Positions 14,651 to 25,228 of a DNA stretch of 64,000 bases are shown piece after piece (within the stretch, counting starts at the first letter, position 1; every line of letters begins with the position of its first letter). The notes beneath the pieces were generated by a model that saw nothing but the letters and a program-made list of their open reading frames with translations, was not told the origin of the DNA and did no database searches. A program made the position numbers and the translations under genes. Source of the stretch: Phycisphaerales bacterium. GTDB taxonomy: Bacteria; Planctomycetota; Phycisphaerae; Phycisphaerales; UBA1924. The stretch lies in assembly GCA_036823255.1 (NCBI GenBank), contig DAISGC010000001.1, forward strand, positions 18,836-82,835, given 5' to 3'.

Positions 14651-17206
14651 TCACGGGCGGGTCGGCACGGCGTTCTGGGCGCGCTTCTGCGCCTCGGCGA
14701 ACCAGCGGGCGGCATCGTCGGCGCGACCCTGTTCGCGGAGCAACTCGGCGTAGCGCTGCGCGAGCAGCGCGCTCTTTGGCGCGAGCTCCGCGGCGGCGAG
14801 CATCTCCGGGAGCGCATCGGCCCGCTTGCCCGAGGCGTAGAGGGCGATGGCCAGATCGTGGCGGATGGTCGGGGCGGCGGGCTCGGCGTCGCGAGCGAGT
14901 CGGAGGATGCGGGCACCCTCTTCGATGAGGGCGGCGTCCTGGCGCTGCATGCCGGTGGAGACGAGCCCCGCGCCGAGCTTGGCGAGGTCCCACGGGTGGT
15001 CCCGGATGAAGGCCAGTGCCTCGGTGATGAGCTGCACGCCGCGGTCCCGGCGGTTGAGGTTGATGTTGAGAAGCGCGGCGGAGACGAGCGCGCCGGCCTT
15101 GCCCGCGTACACGCCGCGCTTGTCGGAGAGTTCCACGGCCTTGTCGGCGGCGGCGAGGGCCTGCTCGGGGAGCTGCATCTGGGCGAGCATCATCGCGGCG
15201 GTGAGCCGCGGGGAGGAGTCGCGCTGGGCGAGGGTTTTGGCGCGCTCGGTGAGCTCGAGCGCACGATCGCGCTTGTTGAGCGAGGCGAGGACGCCGGCGG
15301 CGCGGAGCAGATGATCGGGGGACGGGCCGTGGCGTGCGAGCGCGGTGTCCACGAGCGCGAGGGCGTCATCGGGCTTGCCCGCGTCGCGCATGAACCCGGC
15401 GGCGATGAGCGGGCCGTCGATGGAGAGCGGGTGGCGGGCGAGGGCCTGCGTGAGGGTCTCGATGGCTTTGGGAAGATCGGCGGCCGCGGACTGGCGGAGG
15501 AGGCGATCGCGGACGCCGAAGAGATCATCGTGGCGTGCGAGGGCGCGCTGGAAGAGCGCGGTGATGTCGGCGTCGGTCGCGCCGCGCGAGCGCATGATGG
15601 CTTCGAGCTGGAACAGGAGCGAGTCGCGGGGCTTGCCGTCGTCGATGACGCGCTGCAGCGCGCTCTCGGCGGCGGGAGCATCGCCCAGGAGCAGCCGGAG
15701 GTAGGCGATGTTCACCCAGTCGTCGGGGCGCAGGCCCCAGCCGATGCCGCCGTCGCGCGGGGCGGTGACGCGGGCGTAGAACGCGAGCGAGCGTTTCGCG
15801 GCGTCGAGATCTCGGGGCGTGGGGGCGTAGTCTGGGCGGAGGATGACGTCGATGGGGGTTTCGAGCTTCTGATACGCGAGCTGGGCGCGATAGGTGGTGA
15901 ACCGGACGAAGCCGCTCCACCCGGCGGTGAGCACGCCGACGAGCGTGAGGGCGAGGAGCACGAGGCCCGCCGGCCGGAGCTTGCCCCGGAGCTTGAACTG
16001 CCAGGCGTGCAGGCGGCTGTTGTCTTCCTTGAAGAGTCTCCAGGACTTCCACAGGGCCCAGGTCATGATTCCGGCCATGGCGACGGCCATGAGCATGGGC
16101 ACCTGGTTGAGCAGCCCGCGGTAGGACATGAAGAAGCCGAGGAAGCAGAGCCCGAAGACGAGTTCTTCGGCGCGGGTGAAGTCGTAGCGTGCCTCGCGCA
16201 TGACGCGGGCCTTGGCGGCGGCTTCTTCACGGCCGGGCTTTGGCTTGGCGAGGATGGTGGGCTTGCCCATGGCGAACGAGAGCGCGTTGTTCGGGCAGAC
16301 GCTCACGCAGTCGAGGCACTTCATGCACCCGGGGTCGACGACCATGCCATAGGTGTGGACTTCTTCGTGGACGCGGACGTTGGAGGTGCAGACGGCGGTG
16401 CAGTGTCCGCACTGGTGGCAGTTGTCGTTGACGCGGATCTTGCCCGGGGCGACGAGGTCGGCGGGGCCGAAGAACCCGCCGTAGGGGCAGCCATAGGTGC
16501 AAAAGCCCTTGGAGCCGAGGAAATAGACGGTGGCAAAGCCGCAGACCAGGAGGAAGGGGATGGCGACGTACCACGGGGGAAAGGTGGCCCAGTAATCGCG
16601 GACGATGAAGTCGGTGTGGATGCCGGCGAGGGGTTCGATCTGGCCCATCCAATCCGGGAGTCGGCCCGAGGCGTCGGCCAGGAGCGGGCGGAGGACCTCT
16701 CGCGCGACGACGGGCCAGACGAACATGTACAGCGCGAGCAGGAGGGGGACGTAGATGAGCAGGCGCGAGCGGAAGGGCTTTGGGCGGACGCCGAGCTTGC
16801 CCATGAGCCATGCGCAGAGATCCTGCAGGGCGACGACGTGGCATCCCCACCCGCAGAAGAATCGGCCGAGGATGAGCGTGGAGGCGATGGCGAGGAGGAA
16901 GAAGACGAAGCCAGCGTTGACGACGCCGTCGCGGAGCGTGTGCATGCTCTCGCTGGGCTCAACGGGAGAGAGGGTGAGCCCGGTGATGAGCCACTGGATG
17001 ATGTGCGCGATCATGACGACGTGCACGAGGATGAGCACGGCGGCGCGCCACTTGCCCATGCGGGAGTGCTTGATCTGCGCGTGTCCCTGGCTCCAGGCGT
17101 GGCGATTGGATCGATTGCCGGAGGGCAGGACGGGAAGCGCGAGCGTCCGTGCGGGTGCGGCGGCGCTGGCGCAGCGATCGGAGGATCGGTTCTCAAGCTC
17201 GGGCAT
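14651..17206 (-). CDS. Membrane 4Fe-4S cluster-binding protein (NapH/MauN/CcoG-like polyferredoxin core) fused to a C-terminal TPR-repeat region
   Basis: Motifs present: RFFCGWGCH, GFCTYGCPYGG, CHQCGHCTAVCTSNV and CMKCLDCVSVCPNNA (two CxxCxxCxxxCP ferredoxin motifs). It has multiple TM helices. The C-terminal roughly 400 aa are Ala/Leu-rich TPR-like repeats. An alternative start is the ATG at 17059 (MGKWRAAVLILV). Confidence 0.75.
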   Translation of the reverse strand: MPELENRSSDRCASAAAPARTLALPVLPSGNRSNRHAWSQGHAQIKHSRMGKWRAAVLILVHVVMIAHIIQWLITGLTLSPVEPSESMHTLRDGVVNAGFVFFLLAIASTLILGRFFCGWGCHVVALQDLCAWLMGKLGVRPKPFRSRLLIYVPLLLALYMFVWPVVAREVLRPLLADASGRLPDWMGQIEPLAGIHTDFIVRDYWATFPPWYVAIPFLLVCGFATVYFLGSKGFCTYGCPYGGFFGPADLVAPGKIRVNDNCHQCGHCTAVCTSNVRVHEEVHTYGMVVDPGCMKCLDCVSVCPNNALSFAMGKPTILAKPKPGREEAAAKARVMREARYDFTRAEELVFGLCFLGFFMSYRGLLNQVPMLMAVAMAGIMTWALWKSWRLFKEDNSRLHAWQFKLRGKLRPAGLVLLALTLVGVLTAGWSGFVRFTTYRAQLAYQKLETPIDVILRPDYAPTPRDLDAAKRSLAFYARVTAPRDGGIGWGLRPDDWVNIAYLRLLLGDAPAAESALQRVIDDGKPRDSLLFQLEAIMRSRGATDADITALFQRALARHDDLFGVRDRLLRQSAAADLPKAIETLTQALARHPLSIDGPLIAAGFMRDAGKPDDALALVDTALARHGPSPDHLLRAAGVLASLNKRDRALELTERAKTLAQRDSSPRLTAAMMLAQMQLPEQALAAADKAVELSDKRGVYAGKAGALVSAALLNINLNRRDRGVQLITEALAFIRDHPWDLAKLGAGLVSTGMQRQDAALIEEGARILRLARDAEPAAPTIRHDLAIALYASGKRADALPEMLAAAELAPKSALLAQRYAELLREQGRADDAARWFAEAQKRAQNAVPTRP

Positions 17207-17301
17207 CCGTGCTCACATCGTACAGCCGCTCTGGAGTGCGGAGGGCCGGGCATTCCCGAAGCGGGAGAGTTGAACGGTCCTGCGGGCTGGGCGACGGCGG
17301 G

Positions 17302-18051
17302 TCAGTGGCGGCGCGGTTGTCGGCGTGTCAGCAGCGTCATCGCCGCCAGGGCCGCGAGCGAGGCAGGGGCCGGAATGGTGGAGGTGCTGTCCACATCGAA
17401 GACGAACTGATCGTTGGCGGTGAGGGTGAAGTCGAGGACGAGGGTCTTGGTTCCGCTCAGATCGGCCATGGGATCGGACTGGATGTCGTTGCGAGAGGAC
17501 TCGTTGCCGGCATCGGCGGAGTAATCCGGGAGCGCGGCGAGGGCGATCGCGCTGTTCCAGCGGGTGGAGGCGATGCCGGCGGCGGGCGCAACGGCGGAGA
17601 CCGTCGCGCCGGGGGCTCCGCCGAGGTCGCGGAGAGAGCTTTTGACTTCGAGCACCTCCGCGCCGGCGGAGCGGGCGTTGATCAGGGACGAGGAGGTGAT
17701 GGTGATGCGGACGTCCTCGCTGGCGGCGAGGATCGAGAAGCTGGCGCCGATGGCGTCTGTGGCGGTGTCGTAGAGCACCGTGCCGGACACAAAGGCGATC
17801 GGGCGGCCCTGGATGTCAACCAGGGGCTGTGCGGTGCCGGTGTCCCACTGGAATCGGCCCCCGGCGAGGATCGCGAGCGCCGACTTGGGAATCTGCAGCA
17901 GGCCCTGCCCGGTGGGGGTCTGGGCGCGGACTTCGAGGGCGGGTTCGGTGAGGCGATCGATGGGATCGGCGGACGCGGTCGGCGCGATCACCAGGGCGGC
18001 GACCAGGAACGCAGGCAGGGCGGCCGAACGGAACAGATGCGAGATGGACAT
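17302..18051 (-). CDS. Secreted protein with PEP-CTERM-like C-terminal sorting tail
   Basis: It has a signal peptide (MSISHLFRSAALPAFLVAALVIAPTASA). The C-terminus is IPAPASLAALAAMTLLTRRQPRRH*, that is, a Pro-x-Pro motif, a hydrophobic helix and a basic tail. I trimmed to the ATG at 18051. Confidence 0.65.
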   Translation of the reverse strand: MSISHLFRSAALPAFLVAALVIAPTASADPIDRLTEPALEVRAQTPTGQGLLQIPKSALAILAGGRFQWDTGTAQPLVDIQGRPIAFVSGTVLYDTATDAIGASFSILAASEDVRITITSSSLINARSAGAEVLEVKSSLRDLGGAPGATVSAVAPAAGIASTRWNSAIALAALPDYSADAGNESSRNDIQSDPMADLSGTKTLVLDFTLTANDQFVFDVDSTSTIPAPASLAALAAMTLLTRRQPRRH

Positions 18052-18132
18052 GATGGAACCCAGAGAAGGCAGACGCGGTCGCCGCGGCTGAACGTCACGC
18101 CAGCGGACCTCTCGGGCTCCAACCTGCACACC

Positions 18133-18161
18133 ACTATAAGTGGGTGTGTTCTCGGACGCAA
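18133..18161 (-). promoter_or_regulatory. Sigma70-like promoter candidate for the 17302-18051 gene
   Basis: The minus strand reads TTGCGT - 17 nt - TATAGT (-35 at 18161-18156, -10 at 18138-18133). This lies about 80 nt upstream of the ATG at 18051. An AT-containing hexamer like this is conspicuous in such GC-rich DNA. Confidence 0.35.
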
Positions 18162-18189
18162 TACCGAACTTGATGCGAATACGGAGTGG

Positions 18190-19056
18190 TTATCGGGCGT
18201 AGGCGGCACCCCCGCCGAGGCGATCGCGGACGGCCCAGATGTCGGGGAAGAAGGAACGGGCGAGGGTGCTGGCGAGGTACTTGGCTCCGCTGGAGCCGCC
18301 GGTGCCCATGCCGGAGCCGATCATGCGTTCGACCATCTTGACGTGGTGGAAGCGCCAGATGGAGAACTTTTCATCGAACTCAAGCAGGTGCTCGGCGACG
18401 CGGAACTGGGCGTAGTAGCGCTCGCCGGTGTTGTGCTCGTCCTGTTTGCGGTAAAGGACTTCGAGGGCGGAGACGAGCTCCTCGTCGCGTTCGTGAGGCT
18501 GGGAGGTGTCGCGGGTGAGGGCGCGGGGGGGAATCGGGAAGACGCTGTTGTCCTCGCGGGCGAGGTGGCGGATGAAGTGGTCGTAGGGGGTGGGCTTGTC
18601 GAGAAAGGCGGCCATCTCGGCCTTGGCGGCGTCGTCCTCGCCGACGAGCTGGAGCATTTTGGGGTTCTTGTTGCCGCAGATGAACTCGAGGATGCGGAAC
18701 TGGACGCTCTGGAAGCCGCTCGCCGGGCGGAGGGAATCGCGGAACTTCGCGAACTCGGTGGAGAACATGGTCTCCATCATGGGAATCTGCTCGATGAGCA
18801 GGTGCTGGATCTTGTGGATGCGGTCCAGGAGCTGGGCGGCGCGGAGGGGCTGGTCGCGGTCGAGGAACTCCATGTCGCCGGTCATCTCGTGGAGGATCTG
18901 CTTGAACCAGAGCTCGTAGACCTGGTGCATGATGATGAACAGGAGCTCGTCGCGATGTCCGGTGCGCGGGTGCTGGAGATTGAGCAGCTCGGGAACCTTG
19001 AGATAGCTGCCGTAGGTGAGGTGCGTGCTGTGATAGATGGGGTTTTCGGCGGCCAT
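18190..19056 (-). CDS. kynA: Tryptophan 2,3-dioxygenase
   Basis: Motifs present: LTYGSYLKVPELLNLQ, HRDELLFIIMHQVYELWFKQILHE, FRDSLRPASGFQSVQFRILEF and GTGGSSGAKYL. The longest ORF starts at the ATG at 19122. However, those 22 extra codons are the complement of a G-run tract and use rare A/T-ending codons (AGA, CTA, CGA, AAA). I therefore prefer the ATG at 19056 (MAAENPIYH). Confidence 0.85.
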   Translation of the reverse strand: MAAENPIYHSTHLTYGSYLKVPELLNLQHPRTGHRDELLFIIMHQVYELWFKQILHEMTGDMEFLDRDQPLRAAQLLDRIHKIQHLLIEQIPMMETMFSTEFAKFRDSLRPASGFQSVQFRILEFICGNKNPKMLQLVGEDDAAKAEMAAFLDKPTPYDHFIRHLAREDNSVFPIPPRALTRDTSQPHERDEELVSALEVLYRKQDEHNTGERYYAQFRVAEHLLEFDEKFSIWRFHHVKMVERMIGSGMGTGGSSGAKYLASTLARSFFPDIWAVRDRLGGGAAYAR

Positions 19057-19130
19057 GGGGGAGGGTAGGGGGAGAACGTCGGGTCTTGGGTTTCGGGTTC
19101 GGGAGTCGGGTTTGGGAGTCATGAGTCGGG
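19057..19130 (+). other. Dense G-run tract (G-quadruplex-forming motif) on the + strand
   Basis: GGGGG A GGG TA GGGGG agaacgtc GGG tctt GGG tttc GGG ttc GGG agtc GGG ttt GGG agtcatgagtc GGG. There are ten runs of G3 or longer, most separated by loops of 1-4 nt (two longer gaps of 8 and 11 nt). The tract starts immediately 5' of the kynA start codon, on the opposite strand. Confidence 0.5.
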
Positions 19131-19288
19131 AGTGGACACAGGGCGTGCTGGGTCTGCGTCGTCTGAGAGTGCCGATTCCCGCATCCCCGCGATCGAAACC
19201 CGAAACCCGGGACCGGCAACCCGATCCCTCCTTTGCTCACAAGTCCCACCCCCTTCTGGCCGATAACCTCGGTCGAGGTGTTTGCCCC

Positions 19289-20476
19289 ATGTCGCATGAG
19301 ATTCCGCTCAGTCGTCCGGACATCACGGATCTGGAGATCGAGCTTGTGGTGCAGTCGCTGCGCTCCGGGCGGCTGTCGATCGGGCCGATGGTGGAGCAGT
19401 TCGAGAAGCTGGTGGCGACGCGGTGCGATCGTCGGCACGGGATCGCGGTGAACAGCGGGACGTCGGGGCTGCACCTGGCGCTTCTGGCGATGGGGATCGG
19501 TCCCGGGGATGAGGTGATCACCACGCCGTTCTCGTTCATCGCGAGCGCGAACGTGATGCTGATGGTGGGTGCGAGGCCGGTGTTCGTGGACATCGATCCC
19601 AAGACGCTGAACATGGACCCGGAGAAGGTCGAGAGGGCGATCACGCCGCGGACGCGGGCGATCCTGGCGGTGGAGTGCTTCGGAAATCCGGCGCACATGG
19701 ACGCGTACGAATCGATCGCCAAGCGGCACGAGATCCCGCTCATCGAGGACTGCTGCGAGGCGCTCGGGAGCGTGCACGCGGGTCGCAAGGCGGGGTCGTT
19801 CGGACGCATCGGGGTGTTCGCGTTCTATCCGAACAAGCAGATCACCACCGGCGAGGGCGGGGTGATCGTGACCGATGACAAGCGGCTGGCGGACCTGTGC
19901 CGATCCATGCGGAACCAGGGTCGCCCGATTCCGATGAGCAGCGTCGAGACCGGCGTGGCGGCCCAGGGGGCGACGCCCGGCGCGGCGTGGCTGAGCCACG
20001 AGCGGCTGGGGTACAACTACCGACTTGCGGAGATGAACGCCGCGCTCGGCGTGGCGCAGATGCGTCGGCTGGACGAGATCATCGCCAAGCGGCAGCGGGT
20101 CGCCGAGACGTACATGTCCCGGCTGATGGCGAATCACGACATCATCCTGCCGACGGTGCACGAGCTGACGGCGATGAGCTGGTTCGTGTTCGTGGTTCGG
20201 CTTGCGGGCACGTACTCGCGGGAGGAGCGGGACCGGATCATCGCGGGGCTGCTTCGGCACGACGTTGGCGCGAAGGACTATTTCCCGTGCATTCACCTGC
20301 AGCCGTTCTATCGGGAGCGGTTCGGGTATGCGACGGGGGACTTTCCGATCGCCGAGAGCGTGAGCGGTCGGACGATCGCGCTTCCGTTCCACAACGATCT
20401 GCATGAGCACGACGTGGACATCGTGTGCCGAACGCTCGCGCTCATGATCGAGCGTGAGAACATCAAGCGCGGATAG
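19289..20476 (+). CDS. DegT/DnrJ/EryC1/StrS family PLP-dependent aminotransferase (sugar aminotransferase)
   Basis: The sequence reads IPLSRPDITDLEIELVVQSLRSGRLSIGPMVEQFEKLVA...GIAVNSGTSGLHLALLAMGIGPGDEVITTPFSFIASANV...FYPNKQITTGEGG (PLP lysine)...GYNYRLAEMNAALG. I trimmed to the ATG at 19289. Confidence 0.85.
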   Translation: MSHEIPLSRPDITDLEIELVVQSLRSGRLSIGPMVEQFEKLVATRCDRRHGIAVNSGTSGLHLALLAMGIGPGDEVITTPFSFIASANVMLMVGARPVFVDIDPKTLNMDPEKVERAITPRTRAILAVECFGNPAHMDAYESIAKRHEIPLIEDCCEALGSVHAGRKAGSFGRIGVFAFYPNKQITTGEGGVIVTDDKRLADLCRSMRNQGRPIPMSSVETGVAAQGATPGAAWLSHERLGYNYRLAEMNAALGVAQMRRLDEIIAKRQRVAETYMSRLMANHDIILPTVHELTAMSWFVFVVRLAGTYSREERDRIIAGLLRHDVGAKDYFPCIHLQPFYRERFGYATGDFPIAESVSGRTIALPFHNDLHEHDVDIVCRTLALMIERENIKRG

Positions 20477-20492
20477 CGAAGCGGCCGGGGCT

Positions 20493-21191
20493 TCAGGGCC
20501 AGAGGCGGGTGGACTCCCAGCGTGCCGGGGCGCCGATCGGCGTGGTACGGACCCAGCGGGCGCGGTCGTGCAGTCGCCCGCTGCCGCCCATCCACAGTTC
20601 GACCGCTTGGGCGTGCACGCGGTATCCGCCCCAGTTGGGCGGGCGCGGGATGGTGTGCTGGCCAGAGGGCTTGAGCAGGTCCACGCCGAACCGCATCGCC
20701 TGCTCGGCGACGGCCCTAAGCAGGTCGGCTCTGGAATCCAGAGGGCGGCTCTGTCGGCTTGCCCAGGCGCCCAATCGGCTGAGCACGGCGCGCTGTGCGA
20801 AGTAGGCATCGCTCTCGTCGTCGCTCAGCCGCTCAACCGATCCCTCGATGCGGGTCTGGCGCTGCTCGTTGGGCCAGTGCAGAACGCACGCAGCTCGGCG
20901 GGAGGCGTCGAGCTCCTGTCCCTTTCGGCTTTCGCGATTGGTGAAGAACCCGATCGACGGCGGGTCGTTCCAGACGCGGCGGCAGAGGACGATCCGTGCC
21001 GAGGGATTGCCGGCTGGATCGACGGTGCAGAGCGTCATGGCGTCGAAGTCGGCGTATTTGCCGCTGGCCTTGGCCTCGTCATACCAGGAGCGGACGATTG
21101 GCATCGGGTCGGCGGGCAGGGGCTCGCCCAGACCCTCGCCGCAGAGCGTGCGCGAGGCGGCGGAGACGATGGCATCCAGTACGGGGTTCAT
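20493..21191 (-). CDS. pdxH: Pyridoxamine 5'-phosphate oxidase
   Basis: Motifs present: MTLCTVDPAGNPSARIVLCR, FFTNRESRKGQEL, QTRIEGSVERLSDDESDAYF, SRLGAWASRQS, PPNWGGYRV, ELWMGGSGRLHDR. Confidence 0.9.
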   Translation of the reverse strand: MNPVLDAIVSAASRTLCGEGLGEPLPADPMPIVRSWYDEAKASGKYADFDAMTLCTVDPAGNPSARIVLCRRVWNDPPSIGFFTNRESRKGQELDASRRAACVLHWPNEQRQTRIEGSVERLSDDESDAYFAQRAVLSRLGAWASRQSRPLDSRADLLRAVAEQAMRFGVDLLKPSGQHTIPRPPNWGGYRVHAQAVELWMGGSGRLHDRARWVRTTPIGAPARWESTRLWP

Positions 21192-21260
21192 GCTGAAGGA
21201 TTCGCGGGTCGCGGGTCTGGCGATGCCGCGGCAAAGCGGGAGTGGGGGAGTGGGGGGAGA

Positions 21261-23135
21261 TCAGAGGTGCGGGATGGCGTCGGCCTTGGGCGCGAAGCGC
21301 TTGTTGAGCTCGAGCATGACCTTGGAGGCCATGTCCTGTGCGGTGGCGACCTCTTCGATGGTGACGTGGTCGGCGCCGAGCTCGTGAGCGGCGATGGCGC
21401 GGCTCAGAAAGCTCGTGCGCACCGCGATGAAGATGTCGTCGCGAATCTCGCGAATGGACCGGCAGGCCCGGAGCGAGGCGTCGTCATCGGGGATGGTCAG
21501 CACGATCGCCTCGGCCCGGCGAATCCCTGCGGACTCCAGCACGTCCTTGTTGGTCGCGTCGCCGAAGACCGCGTGCTTGCCCAGCCGGTGCTGGCGGGCC
21601 ACGGTGTCGGAGTTCAGGTCGATGAGCGTGTAGGAGATGCCGGCGGCGGCGAAGTGCTCGGCGAGATTGCGCCCGACGATGCCGAAACCGGCGATGATCA
21701 CGTGGCGCGGCTTGGGTGGTGGCGGTGTCGCGGACGGCGCGGGGTCCTCAGTCGCGGACCCGTGATCGCCGGGTGTGGAGGCCGACGCCGAGGCGACTGC
21801 GGGGGCCTCGTGACCCTCGGCGTGCGATTCGACGGGTTGCGGCATCGGGGATGGTGAACCGCGCAGGGCCGGGCTGGCGAACCATCGCACCGGCTTGATG
21901 AACGCGACGCGCGCGGTGTTGAGCTTGGCATAGTCGTAGAGCGTGCCGGTGAGCATGAGCGAGACGACCACCAGCGCGATGGCCACGCCCTGCTCGCGCT
22001 CCCCGACGAGGCCGGCCCGCTGCGCTTCGCTCAGCACGACCAGACTGAACTCGCCGGCCTGAGCCAGCAGCGTCCCCGCGACCAGCGCGGCGGCGGCGGT
22101 CGAGCCCCCGGCCCAGATGGTCGCGCCGATGACGCCTGCCTTGACGATGATCACCAGGGGCACGGCGATGAGAATGACCCACCAGTACTGGAGCGCCTCC
22201 ACGACATTCAGATTAATCCCGACCGCGGTGAAGAAGACGGCCATGAACAGATCACGCATCGGGCCCAGTTGCCCCGTGAGCTGGAACCGGAAGGGCGTGT
22301 TGCTGAGCATGAACCCGGCCAGGAAGGCCCCGAGGGCCGGTCCGAAGCCCAGCCAGCCGGACAGCATCGCGGCGGCGAGTCCGGCCCCGGCGGAGGCGAC
22401 CAGCAGCCCCTCGGTGTTGCCGCCCCAGGCCGCTTCCTTCAGGAGCTTGGGCAGGAGGTAGCGTGCAAAGCCCAGCATGGCGAGGATGCCCCCGACGCCG
22501 AGCGAGGCGTTGGCGACGATCCGCGTGATGCCGGCGACCTGATCGACCTCGCCTTCGGCCGCGGGACCAGCGCCATGCCACGCGCCCAGGAGCGGCATGG
22601 CGGCGAGGATCCCGATCGAGAGCAGGTCCTGCATGATGGAGATGCCGACGCCGAGGCGACCCTGAAGGAGGTGAATCTCGCGGTGTCTGTGCAGGATCCC
22701 AAGGATCACCGCCGTCGAGGACATGCTGAAGGCCATCGCGATGGCCAGGGCCGCCGGGGCCGAGAGTCCGAAGGCCATGCCCGCGGGCCAGAGCGCGAGC
22801 GTCACGGCGACGGTGGAGACCGCCCCGACGATGAGGATCGGGACCATGCCCGTGCGGATGGAGTCCAGATCGAGGTGCAGCCCGATCGTGAACATGAGCA
22901 GGATGATGGCGATGTCCTGGATCTGGGCGACGTTGCCGGCGTCGCTGATGATCCCGAAGGGCAGCGATCCCAGGATTGCGCCCATGATGAGGTAGCCGGG
23001 GATCGACGCCAGATGCAATCGCCGAAGCAGGATGGAGATGACCGCCGCGGCACCGAGGATGACGAGCATGTCCAGCACGAGCTTGGCGGGCTGAGAGCTG
23101 GAGGCGAGCGTGAGGATGGCAAGCGGATCGGTCAC
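21261..23135 (-). CDS. CPA2-family monovalent cation:proton antiporter with C-terminal RCK/TrkA-N domain (Kef-like)
   Basis: It has about 12 TM helices of Na+/H+ exchanger type. These are followed by a Rossmann motif (HVIIAGFGIVGRNLAEHFAAAGISYTLIDLN) and DATNKDVLESAGIRRAEAIVLTIPDD. Confidence 0.85.
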   Translation of the reverse strand: MTDPLAILTLASSSQPAKLVLDMLVILGAAAVISILLRRLHLASIPGYLIMGAILGSLPFGIISDAGNVAQIQDIAIILLMFTIGLHLDLDSIRTGMVPILIVGAVSTVAVTLALWPAGMAFGLSAPAALAIAMAFSMSSTAVILGILHRHREIHLLQGRLGVGISIMQDLLSIGILAAMPLLGAWHGAGPAAEGEVDQVAGITRIVANASLGVGGILAMLGFARYLLPKLLKEAAWGGNTEGLLVASAGAGLAAAMLSGWLGFGPALGAFLAGFMLSNTPFRFQLTGQLGPMRDLFMAVFFTAVGINLNVVEALQYWWVILIAVPLVIIVKAGVIGATIWAGGSTAAAALVAGTLLAQAGEFSLVVLSEAQRAGLVGEREQGVAIALVVVSLMLTGTLYDYAKLNTARVAFIKPVRWFASPALRGSPSPMPQPVESHAEGHEAPAVASASASTPGDHGSATEDPAPSATPPPPKPRHVIIAGFGIVGRNLAEHFAAAGISYTLIDLNSDTVARQHRLGKHAVFGDATNKDVLESAGIRRAEAIVLTIPDDDASLRACRSIREIRDDIFIAVRTSFLSRAIAAHELGADHVTIEEVATAQDMASKVMLELNKRFAPKADAIPHL

Positions 23136-23191
23136 TGGTCAAAAGGCCTCTGGGGGCGGATGGTACGGTGCAACAAGGCACGCCAAGGGAA

Positions 23192-25132
<1,941 letters not shown>

Positions 25133-25228
25133 CGCAGAAGCAACGATATTCGCGCGGAAAACACAGCGGGCCGTCCGAGGACGGCCCGCCGGGGAGAATC
25201 ATGTGCTGGCGAACTGGAGGAACGCGGA

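Noticed and set aside
14543-17410. 955-aa + strand ORF opposite the ferredoxin-TPR gene. The same problem applies to the long shadows at 17149..19068 (+), 18380..20809 (-), 23459..26338 (+), 32020..34470 (-), 37606..39366 (+), 47782..49503 (+), 49773..51251 (+), 51904..53571 (+), 55135..56727 (-), 56764..58425 (-) and 60341..63163 (-).
   Set aside because: Each lies antisense to a gene with unambiguous family motifs (4Fe-4S clusters, TDO, DegT, MnmG, Mfd, ALDH, SecA, M50/HlyD and so on). Each is compositionally Arg/Gly/Ala/Pro/Leu-biased with no recognisable domain.
19057-19122. Longer kynA start at the ATG at 19122.
   Set aside because: The 22 extra codons are the complement of the G-run tract. 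They encode a Pro/Arg/Asp-rich low-complexity leader and use several A/T-ending rare codons, unlike the rest of the gene. I kept this as an alternative in the feature note.
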